This document shows, one piece after another, positions 18,240-28,528 of a stretch of DNA of 64,000 bases. Both the position numbers and the translations under genes were made by a program. This DNA is from Parcubacteria group bacterium Gr01-1014_8 (GTDB lineage: Bacteria > Patescibacteriota > Minisyncoccia > Phycocordibacterales > UBA2100): positions 1 to 64,000 of the forward strand of contig VMGC01000004.1 of NCBI GenBank assembly GCA_007376385.1. Reading direction: 5' to 3'. Within the stretch, counting starts at the first letter, position 1. Each line of letters begins with the position of its first letter. The notes beneath the pieces were generated by a model that worked only from the letters and a program-made list of their open reading frames with translations, had not been told where the DNA came from and made no database searches.

Positions 18240-18545
18240 TCAGCCTTTCTTCTCCTCATCCTTCGGATTCTCGAACGTGAACGGTGTGGGCATCGGCTCG
18301 TGTGGCAAGCGGTCGTCAAATTTGACATTGTTTTTAGTCTCGATCTCTTCAACCTGCTGGAGCGTCGCTTTCGCGACTTTTTTGGCGAGCGGAAGTTGCA
18401 AGACATATGCTGTCGTCGTCGCGCCAGACTGCACAACGAGATTCAAGAGGCCGTGAATGATGCGCAAGTGCACCGTGTCTACGTATTTCTTTTCTGGAAC
18501 TGCATCGAAGTTGTATTGAGGCATAGTTATACTAGCGTACCTCAT
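18240..18545 (-). CDS. hypothetical small protein (101 aa)
   Basis: ORF only; convergent with the upstream pair. Confidence 0.35.
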   Translation of the reverse strand: MRYASITMPQYNFDAVPEKKYVDTVHLRIIHGLLNLVVQSGATTTAYVLQLPLAKKVAKATLQQVEEIETKNNVKFDDRLPHEPMPTPFTFENPKDEEKKG

Positions 18546-18579
18546 TGCAGGTATGTATTCAATGTTACGATGAGGCGCA

Positions 18580-20790
18580 ATGTTCGCATCCTTCGGACGA
18601 TTCCGACTATCCTCCGAAAGCTGGCAACTCTATTTATTGTACGCGGGCACGATCTTTCTAAGTGCGTTCCTACTTTTTCAAATTCAGCCGATAGCAGGGA
18701 AGCACATGCTGCCGTGGTTCGGCGGCTCATCGAGTGTGTGGGCGACAAGCCTGCTATTTTTTACCGGCATGCTTTTCCTAGGCTACTTGTACGTATATTT
18801 TCTCCAGCGATATCACGATGCGCTTCAAGCGAAGATACACCTCGTCGTTCTTATCGTATCTGCGGCGCTCGTTCTTCTTGCACTTCTCGTGTGGCATTCC
18901 GTATATCCGCCGCTTCAGTGGACGATAGGGAACGAACTCACCCCGTGGCTTGAGGTTCTTGCGGCTCTGTTCATCAGCGTCGGCATCCCGTATTTTCTGC
19001 TGGCAACGACGGGGCCTCTACTCCAGTATTGGTATGGAATATCGGCAGGCAAAGAACCGTATAAGCTCTACGCGCTTTCGAACATCGGTTCCTTGCTCGC
19101 GCTTGCGAGCTATCCGTTTGCCGTTGAACCGCACATGGTTCTGGCCGCGCAGAAGAGCGTCTGGATACTTGCGTTTTTGGTGTACGTCGCGCTTCTCTTT
19201 ATGGTATGTCGGCAATTTCTGAAAACGAAGGCAAGCCAGCCGCAGGAATCAGAGCCCGTGAGCCACGCATCCGTGCCAATGGAAGACAGAGTGATTTGGG
19301 TAACGCTTGCTGCGCTCCCATCGCTCATGCTTGTTGCGACGACGACGCAAATAACGCAGGTCATTGCTCCCATTCCTCTCCTATGGCTGCTGCCGCTGTG
19401 CGTGTATCTCATCACGTTCATCATTGCGTTCTGGGGTTTGGGAAGGGGATTCATCACCTGGTTTTTGCTCCTTGGCACCGCAGCGGCGACCTATTCATTC
19501 CTGGATTCGGGCTATCACGAGACTGCGTGGCGTGTCATCTCGGATATATTGCTTCTCTTTTTCATAGGACTTTTTTGCCATGGCCAGTTGTACGCCAGGC
19601 GTCCCGAGACAAAACATTCGCCGCTTTTCTATTTGAATATTTCGCTCGGCGGCATGATAGGGGCGCTCCTTGCCAGTTTGGTTGCCCCGCTTTTCTTTCC
19701 TGACCTGTGGGAATTTCCGCTCGGCATTTTGCTCTGCGCGCTGTTCGCCATCGCTCTTATTCCTAGGAGCATCACGGCTCGCGTGCATCCCGTGTACATA
19801 ACGATTGCGCGCGTCATGCTGCTTATTGCTATCTGTTCAGGCGTGGTGAGCTACGTAAATGACGAAAACGGAGTCGAAGACATCGTGCGATTCCGCAACT
19901 TTTACGGCACAGCAAAAGTGAACCAAGTGGGACAAATACGTACGCTTTTACACGGCGGCACAATTCACGGCATGCAATTCCTAGATCCTGAATTGGAATT
20001 TACGCCTTCGACGTACTACAGCGCGCAAAGCGGCGTCGCAAGAGCCATCATGGACCAATATTTGGCGAATAGAGATAAGACGCTCAACATTGGTATCATC
20101 GGGCTGGGAACGGGCGCAATTTCTACGTATTGCGGAAGCGGCGACAAATATGTGTTTTACGAGATAGACCCGCAGATAGTGAACATCGCCCACACGCAAT
20201 TTACGTATCTTACGCGCTGTCCGGGAGTAGAGATTCGGCTCGGCGATGCGAGAATTGTCTTGGAAGAGGAGCGCCGAGCGGGGGTGAAAAATAATTTCGA
20301 CGTGCTGGTGATGGACGCATTCAATGACGACACAATTCCTGTCCACCTTGTAACAAGAAATGCCCTGCAGACATTCCTTACGCACTTGCGCAGCGACGAA
20401 AGTATCCTCGCCGTTCACACGTCAAACAGGTATCTCGACCTTGCGCCAGCAATTATTAGTACTGCGGAAGACTTGGGGCTGTATTGGATGATAGTTGAGA
20501 ATCGCGGTGAGGAGAACGAAATTGCCTCGCCGTCGGAATGGGTGCTTCTTACGAGGAGCGAGAAAACATACAGGTCGGAAACATTCGAGAATCTTGACCT
20601 GTGGTACCCGGAAAAACGCGTGCCGGTCTGGACTGACGACTACAGCGACATGCTTGCCATAATCTCGATTCCGTTCGATTTCAACGACCTTGTTGATTCA
20701 TTCAGAGAAAAACTCGGCATAGAGAAAGAGGAAGTTGTTGAAGAAACTGTCCCCGAAGAAGAGGTCACGGAAGAAGTAACGGAAGAATAG
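18580..20790 (+). CDS. fused polytopic membrane domain / spermidine-synthase-like aminopropyltransferase (736 aa)
   Basis: About 10 predicted TM helices in the first 400 aa. C-terminal LHGGTIHGMQF, IGIIGLGTGAISTY, YEIDPQIVNIA, DVLVMDAFNDDTIPVHL match the spermidine synthase (SpeE) fold motifs. Confidence 0.7.
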   Translation: MFASFGRFRLSSESWQLYLLYAGTIFLSAFLLFQIQPIAGKHMLPWFGGSSSVWATSLLFFTGMLFLGYLYVYFLQRYHDALQAKIHLVVLIVSAALVLLALLVWHSVYPPLQWTIGNELTPWLEVLAALFISVGIPYFLLATTGPLLQYWYGISAGKEPYKLYALSNIGSLLALASYPFAVEPHMVLAAQKSVWILAFLVYVALLFMVCRQFLKTKASQPQESEPVSHASVPMEDRVIWVTLAALPSLMLVATTTQITQVIAPIPLLWLLPLCVYLITFIIAFWGLGRGFITWFLLLGTAAATYSFLDSGYHETAWRVISDILLLFFIGLFCHGQLYARRPETKHSPLFYLNISLGGMIGALLASLVAPLFFPDLWEFPLGILLCALFAIALIPRSITARVHPVYITIARVMLLIAICSGVVSYVNDENGVEDIVRFRNFYGTAKVNQVGQIRTLLHGGTIHGMQFLDPELEFTPSTYYSAQSGVARAIMDQYLANRDKTLNIGIIGLGTGAISTYCGSGDKYVFYEIDPQIVNIAHTQFTYLTRCPGVEIRLGDARIVLEEERRAGVKNNFDVLVMDAFNDDTIPVHLVTRNALQTFLTHLRSDESILAVHTSNRYLDLAPAIISTAEDLGLYWMIVENRGEENEIASPSEWVLLTRSEKTYRSETFENLDLWYPEKRVPVWTDDYSDMLAIISIPFDFNDLVDSFREKLGIEKEEVVEETVPEEEVTEEVTEE

Positions 20791-20810
20791 TAATGTCTTC
20801 GAGCATCTTT

Positions 20811-21278
20811 TCACCCTCCGTTCGAGAGTCTTGCGGCCTGAAGTTCGTCGTACAGTATGATGGCCGCAGCGAAGATCGTGTCCTTTGCTTCTCGAAGACT
20901 TGCGCTGTAGGTGTCCGGAGTTTTTCCTTCGCGCTGGAGTGATGCGGCAACCTTGGCGAATCCCTCGGCAAGATGCAACTCGCCGCCGATTTTCTCGAAC
21001 TGTTTGACGGGGATGCCTTCGTCGACAAATTCAGCGGCCTTGACTGAAATGGCATCCACAATGAGCTTTATCTCTGTTTCTACTTCCGTGGCGTTCGTCA
21101 TCCTGTCCACACGTGTGAGGTGAGTGCGTACAGTATTGAGAATTTCTTCTATTTCATTTGAGAATTCTTTCTTCACTCGTTCCGCAAGTATTTCTCGGCG
21201 ACGCTTTACATAGTCTATCGTGCCGTCTTCTCGCACATCACCTATTTTCGGCGGTCTATTGTCGTTCGCTTCTTTCAT
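20811..21278 (-). CDS. hypothetical protein (155 aa)
   Basis: ORF only; predicted helical. Confidence 0.35.
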   Translation of the reverse strand: MKEANDNRPPKIGDVREDGTIDYVKRRREILAERVKKEFSNEIEEILNTVRTHLTRVDRMTNATEVETEIKLIVDAISVKAAEFVDEGIPVKQFEKIGGELHLAEGFAKVAASLQREGKTPDTYSASLREAKDTIFAAAIILYDELQAARLSNGG

Positions 21279-21331
21279 ACATGTGCGCGGGCTATGCCGC
21301 TATTTTCCGATCGTATTACCGGGAGAGGATA

Positions 21332-22954
21332 TCACCCCCATTCAATCGTTGCTGGCGGTTTAGCCGACACGCGATAGACGACTGCGCCCACTTCCCGCAC
21401 CTCGTTCGTAATGCGGCGGGATACTTTGTCTAAGAAATCATAGGGGAGCTGCGCGAACCGGGCGGTAAAGCCGTTGACGCTCCAAATGGCCCAGAGCGCA
21501 ACGACGCATCCCATTCCCGCACCGTCGCCTTTTGATTCGGTGTGCTCGGAGCGCGTTACTACCGCTCCCGCTTGCCACACGGTGTCGTAGAGTTTTGACG
21601 TTCGCAGTTCATCTATATAAATGCCATCAATCGCGCGGGCGACTTTTAATGTTTCCGCGGTCACTTCGCCTTCGATGCGGACCACGAGTCCGGGACCGGG
21701 GAATGGGTGGCGGACAAGCATATCTTCCGGTACGCCAATGTCGCGCCCGATGTCGCGTGCGCTGTCTTTCACCATGTCTTCCAGCGGCCGCAGTTCCGCG
21801 ACGCTGAAATCAATGCCGGTGTTGTGATGCACTTTTATTTCCGCGATGCGTGCGCCTGTTGCATTCCCGAGGCCGCTTTCGCGAAGGTCCGTGTAGAGCG
21901 TCCCTTGCGCGATGAATTCCGCGCCGAATGATTCTATTTCCTTCTCTAACACTCCCTGGTAGACGCTTCGCATCGCTACGCGTTTGTCGCGCATCCGCGT
22001 TTTACCGCTCAAGGCCTGCAAGAATTCAATCGTTGCATCCACGACCTTCACCTGCAGCCATTTTTGCTTGCCGAAATGCTTTTTTACGTACGCTTCATCA
22101 TCTGGTCTGTCTATGCCGCGAATATACACTCCGAGGAGCTTGCCTCTTGAGCTTTTCATCGCGTGCTTGAGGAGATAAGCGACGACCGAGGAGTCAGAGC
22201 CGCCGGAGAGGGCGATAACCACATTCTTGTCTCCTATTTTCTCTTTTAATTCGGCGATTTTTAACTTTGCAACACTATGTGCCGGGAATGCGTTCGTGAT
22301 GCCACAGATGTCCACGCAAAAGTTCGAGTATATCTGCTCTCCGTATTTTGTATCGGTAACCTCTGGATGAAACTGAACGCCCCAGAGGTGTTTGTATCGC
22401 CCGGCGGCGATGGGTGAATTTTCCGTTGCGCCAAGTATGACGAGTTTCTTGAAAGGAAATATCTTGTCGCCGTGCGTTTGAAGGACGGGGGATTTAGCGG
22501 GGACGTTTTTAAATAGCGGGTCTTTCTTTTTGAGCCTCAACGTATGCACGCCGAACTCGCGTTTTTCATGCGGCGAGACGCGAGCGCCGATATGTTTTGC
22601 CCATTGCTGGTATCCAAGGCACACGCCTAGGAGGGGAATACCAAGGTCGAAAATTTTTACATCAAACGGCGGCGGCTCGTCGAACACAGACGCAGGACCG
22701 CCGGAAAGAATGATTCCCGCGGGTTTCGCTTTAAGCACATCGTCTGCTTTTACAGACGCTGGATCTGCGACGAGAGCGTAAATGCCGATTCGCGCGAGCC
22801 GCTGAACGATGAGGTGGTCGAATTGGCTCCCCATTGAAAAAAGGAGTATGTATTTTGTCGCTTTTCGGATACGCAGCTCTTCGGCAAGGGCTGACAAGGC
22901 TTCTGGAGTAGCGTTCTTAAATAGAGATAACAGTGCCATGTGAGAATATACCAC
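21332..22954 (-). CDS. guaA: GMP synthase (glutamine-hydrolysing)
   Basis: N-terminal class-I glutamine amidotransferase region (GVCLGYQ), PP-loop SGGSDSSV, and the C-terminal GMP synthase dimerization region ending ...PATIEWG. Confidence 0.85.
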   Translation of the reverse strand: MVYSHMALLSLFKNATPEALSALAEELRIRKATKYILLFSMGSQFDHLIVQRLARIGIYALVADPASVKADDVLKAKPAGIILSGGPASVFDEPPPFDVKIFDLGIPLLGVCLGYQQWAKHIGARVSPHEKREFGVHTLRLKKKDPLFKNVPAKSPVLQTHGDKIFPFKKLVILGATENSPIAAGRYKHLWGVQFHPEVTDTKYGEQIYSNFCVDICGITNAFPAHSVAKLKIAELKEKIGDKNVVIALSGGSDSSVVAYLLKHAMKSSRGKLLGVYIRGIDRPDDEAYVKKHFGKQKWLQVKVVDATIEFLQALSGKTRMRDKRVAMRSVYQGVLEKEIESFGAEFIAQGTLYTDLRESGLGNATGARIAEIKVHHNTGIDFSVAELRPLEDMVKDSARDIGRDIGVPEDMLVRHPFPGPGLVVRIEGEVTAETLKVARAIDGIYIDELRTSKLYDTVWQAGAVVTRSEHTESKGDGAGMGCVVALWAIWSVNGFTARFAQLPYDFLDKVSRRITNEVREVGAVVYRVSAKPPATIEWG

Positions 22955-23249
22955 TTTTTTTTATAACTTGTCAAAAAGATAAGGAGCTGCACTGTGCTCG
23001 CTTTTCTAACTTCCAGTGAGGTAGGGAATACCTCTGGAGGGGCTCTGCAGCGCGACAGCGCGAAGCCCGAGCAATCTTTTAGCAGAAAGATTGCGTACCC
23101 GGAAGAGGCATTCCCTGTGAGCGACCCCCTTGTGGATAAATGGCTTGCGGTGGTATATAGTGGTGTATATTTACATGCAGTGGGAGAAAGTGGGATGGCG
23201 GGCTGCACGACTCCCGCCATCCTTCCTCCCAAATAAAGAGTAAGAAATT

Positions 23250-23684
23250 ATGTTTATCGGGGAATACGAACACACGTTGGACGAAAAAAAGCGAGTGAGT
23301 CTCCCGAAAGCATTTAGGGCCGCACTGGGAAAAAAGATGGTAATGACGCGCGGCCTCGATAACTGTCTCTTTGTCTATCCGCAAAAGAGTTGGGAAAAGG
23401 TTGCCGGGAAGCTTAGCGAACTATCGTTCGCACAGGCTGACACGCGGGGGTTCAACCGATTCATTCTGTCGGGCGCAGCGGAAGTTGCACCAGATGGAGC
23501 AGGAAGAATTCTTATTCCGGAACATCAGAAGCAATTTGCGGGGTTGAAGAAAACAGTCGTATTTGCCGGAGTTTCAGACCGAGTCGAGGTTTGGGACCTG
23601 GATGCCTGGAAGAGCTACAAAGCCAAAATCGAAAGGCAGGCCGACTCCATGGCGGAGACATTAGGGAAGATAGGGGCTCTCTAA
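23250..23684 (+). CDS. mraZ: transcriptional regulator MraZ
   Basis: MFIGEYEHTLDEKKRVSLPKAFR... duplicated MraZ/SpoVT-AbrB-type halves; 144 aa; first gene of the dcw block. Confidence 0.85.
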   Translation: MFIGEYEHTLDEKKRVSLPKAFRAALGKKMVMTRGLDNCLFVYPQKSWEKVAGKLSELSFAQADTRGFNRFILSGAAEVAPDGAGRILIPEHQKQFAGLKKTVVFAGVSDRVEVWDLDAWKSYKAKIERQADSMAETLGKIGAL

Positions 23685-23729
23685 GGGACTTGGTGGAATT
23701 GGGTAGCTGGAGGAATTTGCAAAAATGTC

Positions 23730-24770
23730 ATGCGCACGCGACGTTCAGCATCATCCTCCAGCGACCCGGTGCCGTCAAGACGAGGCTCAAATTCCGACAC
23801 ACATGTGTTGGAAGGCAAGTCTCAGCGTCACCACAAGAGTACTTCCATTTTTCTAAGTCCGAGTACGGACAAGAAAAATTGGTCGCACCGAAGCGTTCTT
23901 TTACATGAAAGTATAGCTGCACTCAACGTGAAGCCGTCTCACGTCGTAGTAGACGCGACTCTCGGAGGGGCAGGACACGCAAAAGCGATCGTAGAGAAGC
24001 TGGACGCGAACGGTGTATTCATAGGATTGGATGCGGATGCGGCAGCAGTGGAACGAGCCCGTACGACGCTCTCTGCTGCCGCGTGCCGCATACACATCGC
24101 GACCGCAAATTTTCGTACGCTGGATGAAGTGCTCCATAACTGCGGCGTAACTGGTGTAAACTCGTGCCTTTTTGACCTTGGCTGGAGTGGATATCAGCTC
24201 GCCGCAGGGAGGGGGTTTTCTTTTCTTACAGACGAACCGCTACTCATGACCTACGCCCGCGACATTCTTCCGGACACTCTGACCGCCGAAAAGATAGTCA
24301 ATGACTGGGAGGAGGAGAGCATTGCAGATGTCTTGTACGGATGGGGAGAGGAGCGATATTCAAGGAGAATAGCGAAACGCATCGCCCTGTATCGAAAAAC
24401 CAAGCGGATACAAACGAGTAAGGAGCTTGGCGAGATAATTTCAAGCGCCGTTCCTCTCCACTATCGAAAAGGACGACTGCACCCCGCGACAAAAACGTTC
24501 CAAGCCCTCCGCATCGCGGTCAACGATGAACTCGGCGCCTTGAAGGAAGGATTGCAGGCGGCGTGGAAAACATTGCTGACAGGCGGACGACTCGTAGTCA
24601 TAAGCTTCCACTCGGTCGAAGATAGGGAAGTGAAGCGACTAATGATGGAGTGGTATCGGGCGGGAGAGGCAGAACGCATCACAAAATCTCCGATTCGGCC
24701 GAGCAGGGAAGAAATGACAGAGAATCCACGTTCTCGCAGCGCAAAACTTCGTGTAATTCAGAAAATCTAA
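23730..24770 (+). CDS. rsmH: 16S rRNA (cytosine1402-N4)-methyltransferase RsmH/MraW
   Basis: HRSVLLHESIAALNVKPSHVVVDATLGGAGHAKAI and the C-terminal FHSVEDREVK motifs. The ORF has a ~50-aa atypical N-terminal extension; the true start is unclear (no in-frame ATG near the conserved start). Confidence 0.8.
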   Translation: MRTRRSASSSSDPVPSRRGSNSDTHVLEGKSQRHHKSTSIFLSPSTDKKNWSHRSVLLHESIAALNVKPSHVVVDATLGGAGHAKAIVEKLDANGVFIGLDADAAAVERARTTLSAAACRIHIATANFRTLDEVLHNCGVTGVNSCLFDLGWSGYQLAAGRGFSFLTDEPLLMTYARDILPDTLTAEKIVNDWEEESIADVLYGWGEERYSRRIAKRIALYRKTKRIQTSKELGEIISSAVPLHYRKGRLHPATKTFQALRIAVNDELGALKEGLQAAWKTLLTGGRLVVISFHSVEDREVKRLMMEWYRAGEAERITKSPIRPSREEMTENPRSRSAKLRVIQKI

Positions 24771-24777
24771 ATTTTTC

Positions 24778-25143
24778 ATGACAAATCCAACATTGCCATT
24801 TCGACACAGGCGCATCTCCAAGACGTCTTTTTTTGTTACCGCGCTTCCGCGTGAAGAATCGGCGATCCGCATCCTCTGCGGCATGCTCGGTATTGTCGTA
24901 TTTGCATATATTACGCTCGTAAGCATTTCAATCGTGAACGTTATCGCGAGGAAAGAAGCAATGGACTCTGCAACCGCGCTCCGCGCAGTCGTGGGCCAGC
25001 TTGAGCGCGATTATTTCGCTACTTCCCATGGTGTCACGCTGCAGAGCGGCGATTCACTCGGCCTCTCGCCCGTCTCTGATACAGAGTTTGTCCATCGACC
25101 AGGAGCGGTTGGAACTGCAGGCGCAACACGAAATGAACTCTGA
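24778..25143 (+). CDS. FtsL-like cell division protein (single-TM)
   Basis: Sits between rsmH and ftsI as FtsL does in dcw clusters. One TM segment (ILCGMLGIVVFAYITLVSISIV) followed by a short periplasmic tail. Confidence 0.4.
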   Translation: MTNPTLPFRHRRISKTSFFVTALPREESAIRILCGMLGIVVFAYITLVSISIVNVIARKEAMDSATALRAVVGQLERDYFATSHGVTLQSGDSLGLSPVSDTEFVHRPGAVGTAGATRNEL

Positions 25144-25399
25144 AAAAGAGAAAAAAAGTCCGCTACAATTTCCTGTATGGGCGGACAAAAGGGAAGAGGT
25201 GCTAAAAGTTCAGTTTGTGTCTGGCGGCTCCACGCTGAATTATTTTCTTGTTGTCCGCCAACATGAGTCCAAAAAATCTTAGCGAGCACAGGTGTGTGCT
25301 CTCTGCCGCGTCTCGCAGGCTGACGAGCTGGCGGGCAGCGCTCCGCCAACAGGCAAAGACAGCGACGGCAGAGAGCGCGCACCAAGCGAGCGTCTTCCT

Positions 25400-27121
25400 A
25401 TGAGAGCTAAACTCGTTCTTCGGGTCAGACTGCTCTGTGGGCTTTTCATTCTTACCGCCATCCTGTTGATATTGCGTTTATACATCGTGCAAATAGTTCA
25501 CGGTGAGGAGCATCGAGCGACGGCGGTCAGGCAGTATACGGAATCGGTGGTTGCTAATGAACACAGAGGCGATATCTTTTTTACGCGCAAGGACGGTACG
25601 GAAGTCGCCGCTGCGGTCATGCAGACAGGCTGGCGAGTAGCGATCCAGCCGAAGGAACTAGGAGAAGCTTCCAGTGCATACGAACTCCTCAACGATATAG
25701 TGCCTATCGACAAGGAACGTTTCTTCAAGAGTGCAGAGAAGAGTGACGATCCCTACGAAGAGATAGCCGCTCGCGTCAATGATGAAGCGGCACAATTGAT
25801 ACGAGCAAAGGAAATTCCCGGCGTTATCACCGTTCGTGACGAATGGAGAATGTACCCAGCGCAGGATTTGGCGTCCCACGCAATAGGCTTTGTCGGGTTC
25901 AGCGGGGATGGAACGGGAAAGGCCGGTGTGTACGGACTCGAGCGATACTATGAGGATACTCTGAAGCGAGACGGCTCGAGTTTGTTCGTGAACCCCTTCG
26001 CAGAGATATTCACGAATGTTGCTGCTGTTCTTGCAAGCGACCCGAGTGAATTCGAAGGAAGCATCGTTACTTCCATTGAGCCTGACGTCGAGATAGAACT
26101 CGAGCGCGTACTCGCGGAAATAATGGATGCATATGACCCGCGGTTAGCCGGAGGAGTCATCATGGACCCAAAGACGGGTGCCATTCTGGGTCTTGCGGTA
26201 TTGCCAGATTTTGATCCGAATACATACAATACTGAACATGGTACGTCCGTCTTTGCGAACCCCATTGTAGAGAGCCGGTATGAGATGGGCTCCATCTTGA
26301 AGCCTCTCACGATGGCGGCAGGAATAGATGCAGGCGCTGTGACACCGAGTACAACCTATAACGACAAAGGCTTCATCATGAAAAGCGGTAAAAAGGTGTC
26401 GAACTACGATTTAAAAGGTCGCGGCGTGGTCTCGATGCAGGAAGTCCTTAGCCAATCCTTGAACACGGGCGCCTCGTTCGTCGTCGATAGGATGGGACAG
26501 CAAGAGTTCGCAGACTATTTCCGCAAGTATGGCTTTGGGGAAGAAACAGGCATAGACCTTCCTGGCGAGGTTGCGGGAGATATCTCCGCCATTGATCGCG
26601 GCGGCTCTGATGTTGACTTTGCATCGGCTTCGTTCGGACAGGGAATTGCGATAACGCCCATCGCGATGATACGGGCGCTCGGTGCGCTTGCGAATGCAGG
26701 CGTGTTGCCGGAGCCGCATGTTGCGACGGCCATTCGATATCCGAGCGGGATAAGCCGCGAGCTTTCGCAAATCCCGCCACGCAGCGTGTTAAAGCCAGAA
26801 ACAGCCGAGACGGTGACAAATATGCTTGTAAAAGTCTTTGACGATGCGCTCCTTTCAGGAGAGTTGAAACAGGCGCACTACTCGATCGCGGCGAAGACGG
26901 GAACGGCGCAAATGGCGCGTCCGGAATGCGGCGGATACTGCGAAGGTTTGTTCCTGCATTCATTCTTCGGGTATTTCCCCGCGCACGAACCTCGATTCAT
27001 TATTCTCTTGTATGCACTTGAGCCTCATAAACAGCAATATGCGTCTCAAACGCTTGCCCGCCCATTCATGTCGCTGACGAAGTTTCTTATAAACTATTAT
27101 AATATTCCGCCGGATAGGTGA
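25400..27121 (+). CDS. ftsI: penicillin-binding protein 2 / FtsI-type transpeptidase
   Basis: N-terminal TM anchor; transpeptidase motifs S-x-x-K (GSILKP), S-x-N (VSNYD), K-T-G (KTGTA). The internal Met at 25400 (MRAKLVLR...) is preferred over the ORF start at 25292. Confidence 0.8.
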   Translation: MRAKLVLRVRLLCGLFILTAILLILRLYIVQIVHGEEHRATAVRQYTESVVANEHRGDIFFTRKDGTEVAAAVMQTGWRVAIQPKELGEASSAYELLNDIVPIDKERFFKSAEKSDDPYEEIAARVNDEAAQLIRAKEIPGVITVRDEWRMYPAQDLASHAIGFVGFSGDGTGKAGVYGLERYYEDTLKRDGSSLFVNPFAEIFTNVAAVLASDPSEFEGSIVTSIEPDVEIELERVLAEIMDAYDPRLAGGVIMDPKTGAILGLAVLPDFDPNTYNTEHGTSVFANPIVESRYEMGSILKPLTMAAGIDAGAVTPSTTYNDKGFIMKSGKKVSNYDLKGRGVVSMQEVLSQSLNTGASFVVDRMGQQEFADYFRKYGFGEETGIDLPGEVAGDISAIDRGGSDVDFASASFGQGIAITPIAMIRALGALANAGVLPEPHVATAIRYPSGISRELSQIPPRSVLKPETAETVTNMLVKVFDDALLSGELKQAHYSIAAKTGTAQMARPECGGYCEGLFLHSFFGYFPAHEPRFIILLYALEPHKQQYASQTLARPFMSLTKFLINYYNIPPDR

Positions 27122-27195
27122 CCTGCACCTTTCTACGCAGGAACACTGCGTCTACGCCAGGGATGGCGGTTTCGAAATGATAAAGTTACCTCAAT

Positions 27196-28527
27196 ATGCG
27201 GGAATTATTTAAAATTATTCTCATTCAAGTGCTTACGCTCGAAGCGCGGATGATACTGTGGAAATATGATCCAAAGGTGATCGCCGTTACCGGGAGCATG
27301 GGAAAGACAACGACGAAGGACGCTATCTTTGCCGCGCTCCATGGACATGTGTCGATCAGAAAAAGCGAAAAGAGCTACAACAGCGAGATAGGCGTGCCGC
27401 TTGCTATCATCGGCTGCGAAAGCGCCTGGGGAAATGTGGTGGGATGGTTGCGGAATATCGCGCACGGTTTGCGGCTGCTTATTCTCAAGGAGGAGTACCC
27501 AGGCTGGCTTGTGGTCGAAGTCGGTGCGGATAGACCCGGCGATATACGGCGTATTGCCGTGTGGCTCCATCCTGACGTTGCAGTCATAACCGCAATTCCT
27601 GCTGTTCCGCCGCATGTGGAGTTCTTCACGTCAACGGACCACATTGCTCGCGAAAAACGTTCGCTCATTAACCACATGAAGCATGAGGGCCTGCCTGCGC
27701 CGGGCTCGTCGCGGCAGGCAGGCCGTGTCATCGTGAACGGCGATGATGAACGCACGCTAGCGATACAGCGCGACTATCGCGGTATTTCGCATACCTTCGG
27801 ATTCGGCGAGCACAATGAACTGAAAGCATCACACGATGAGATCACCTATGAAGGCGGGCATCCGGTTGGCGTGCAGTATCGAATAAATGTCGACGGCGCA
27901 TCAATTCCCGTTTTCATGCGCGGGGCGCTAGGAAAGCCTCGTATCTACGCTGGTCTTGCGGCGCTTGCGGTTGCCAAAGTCGTGGGGCTTGACCTCATAT
28001 CGGCTGCATCATCTCTTGCCGCATGGGACCCTCCGCCTGGCCGCATGCGTATACTCCCCGGGAAACATGGCTCTATTATTCTCGATGACACCTATAATTC
28101 ATCGCCGGACGCGGTTGTGGCTGCACTCGAAACCCTAAAATCTGTCGCACATGCAAAAAAACGGATAGCAGTTCTCGGAGATATGCTCGAACTTGGACGG
28201 TTTTCGACGGAGGCGCATCGCAGAATAGGCGAACTCGTTCCCAAATATGCTGGCGAGCTCATCACAATAGGCTTTCGCGCAAAGATGATGGCCAGTTCTG
28301 CGATGGAAAAGAAGATGAAAGGCGAAAAGATACAGAGTTATGATCAGGGCGAGTGTGAAAAGGTTGGGACAGAACTTGCTGCGCGTCTGAAGCCTGGCTA
28401 CATAGTCCTCGTAAAAGGCTCGCAGGCGATGCGAACGGAGAGGGTCGTCAAGGAACTTTTGGCAGATTCATTGCAACCGTCTGAAGTATTGGTTCGGCAG
28501 GATGCCGAATGGATGAAAGACCAATAA
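27196..28527 (+). CDS. murF: UDP-N-acetylmuramoyl-tripeptide--D-Ala-D-Ala ligase (MurF), N-terminally short form
   Basis: Mur ligase P-loop VIAVTGSMGKTTTKD (MurF-type) plus Mur ligase middle and C-terminal regions. Only ~35 aa precede the P-loop, so the usual N-terminal domain is absent. Confidence 0.75.
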   Translation: MRELFKIILIQVLTLEARMILWKYDPKVIAVTGSMGKTTTKDAIFAALHGHVSIRKSEKSYNSEIGVPLAIIGCESAWGNVVGWLRNIAHGLRLLILKEEYPGWLVVEVGADRPGDIRRIAVWLHPDVAVITAIPAVPPHVEFFTSTDHIAREKRSLINHMKHEGLPAPGSSRQAGRVIVNGDDERTLAIQRDYRGISHTFGFGEHNELKASHDEITYEGGHPVGVQYRINVDGASIPVFMRGALGKPRIYAGLAALAVAKVVGLDLISAASSLAAWDPPPGRMRILPGKHGSIILDDTYNSSPDAVVAALETLKSVAHAKKRIAVLGDMLELGRFSTEAHRRIGELVPKYAGELITIGFRAKMMASSAMEKKMKGEKIQSYDQGECEKVGTELAARLKPGYIVLVKGSQAMRTERVVKELLADSLQPSEVLVRQDAEWMKDQ

Positions 28528-28528
28528 T

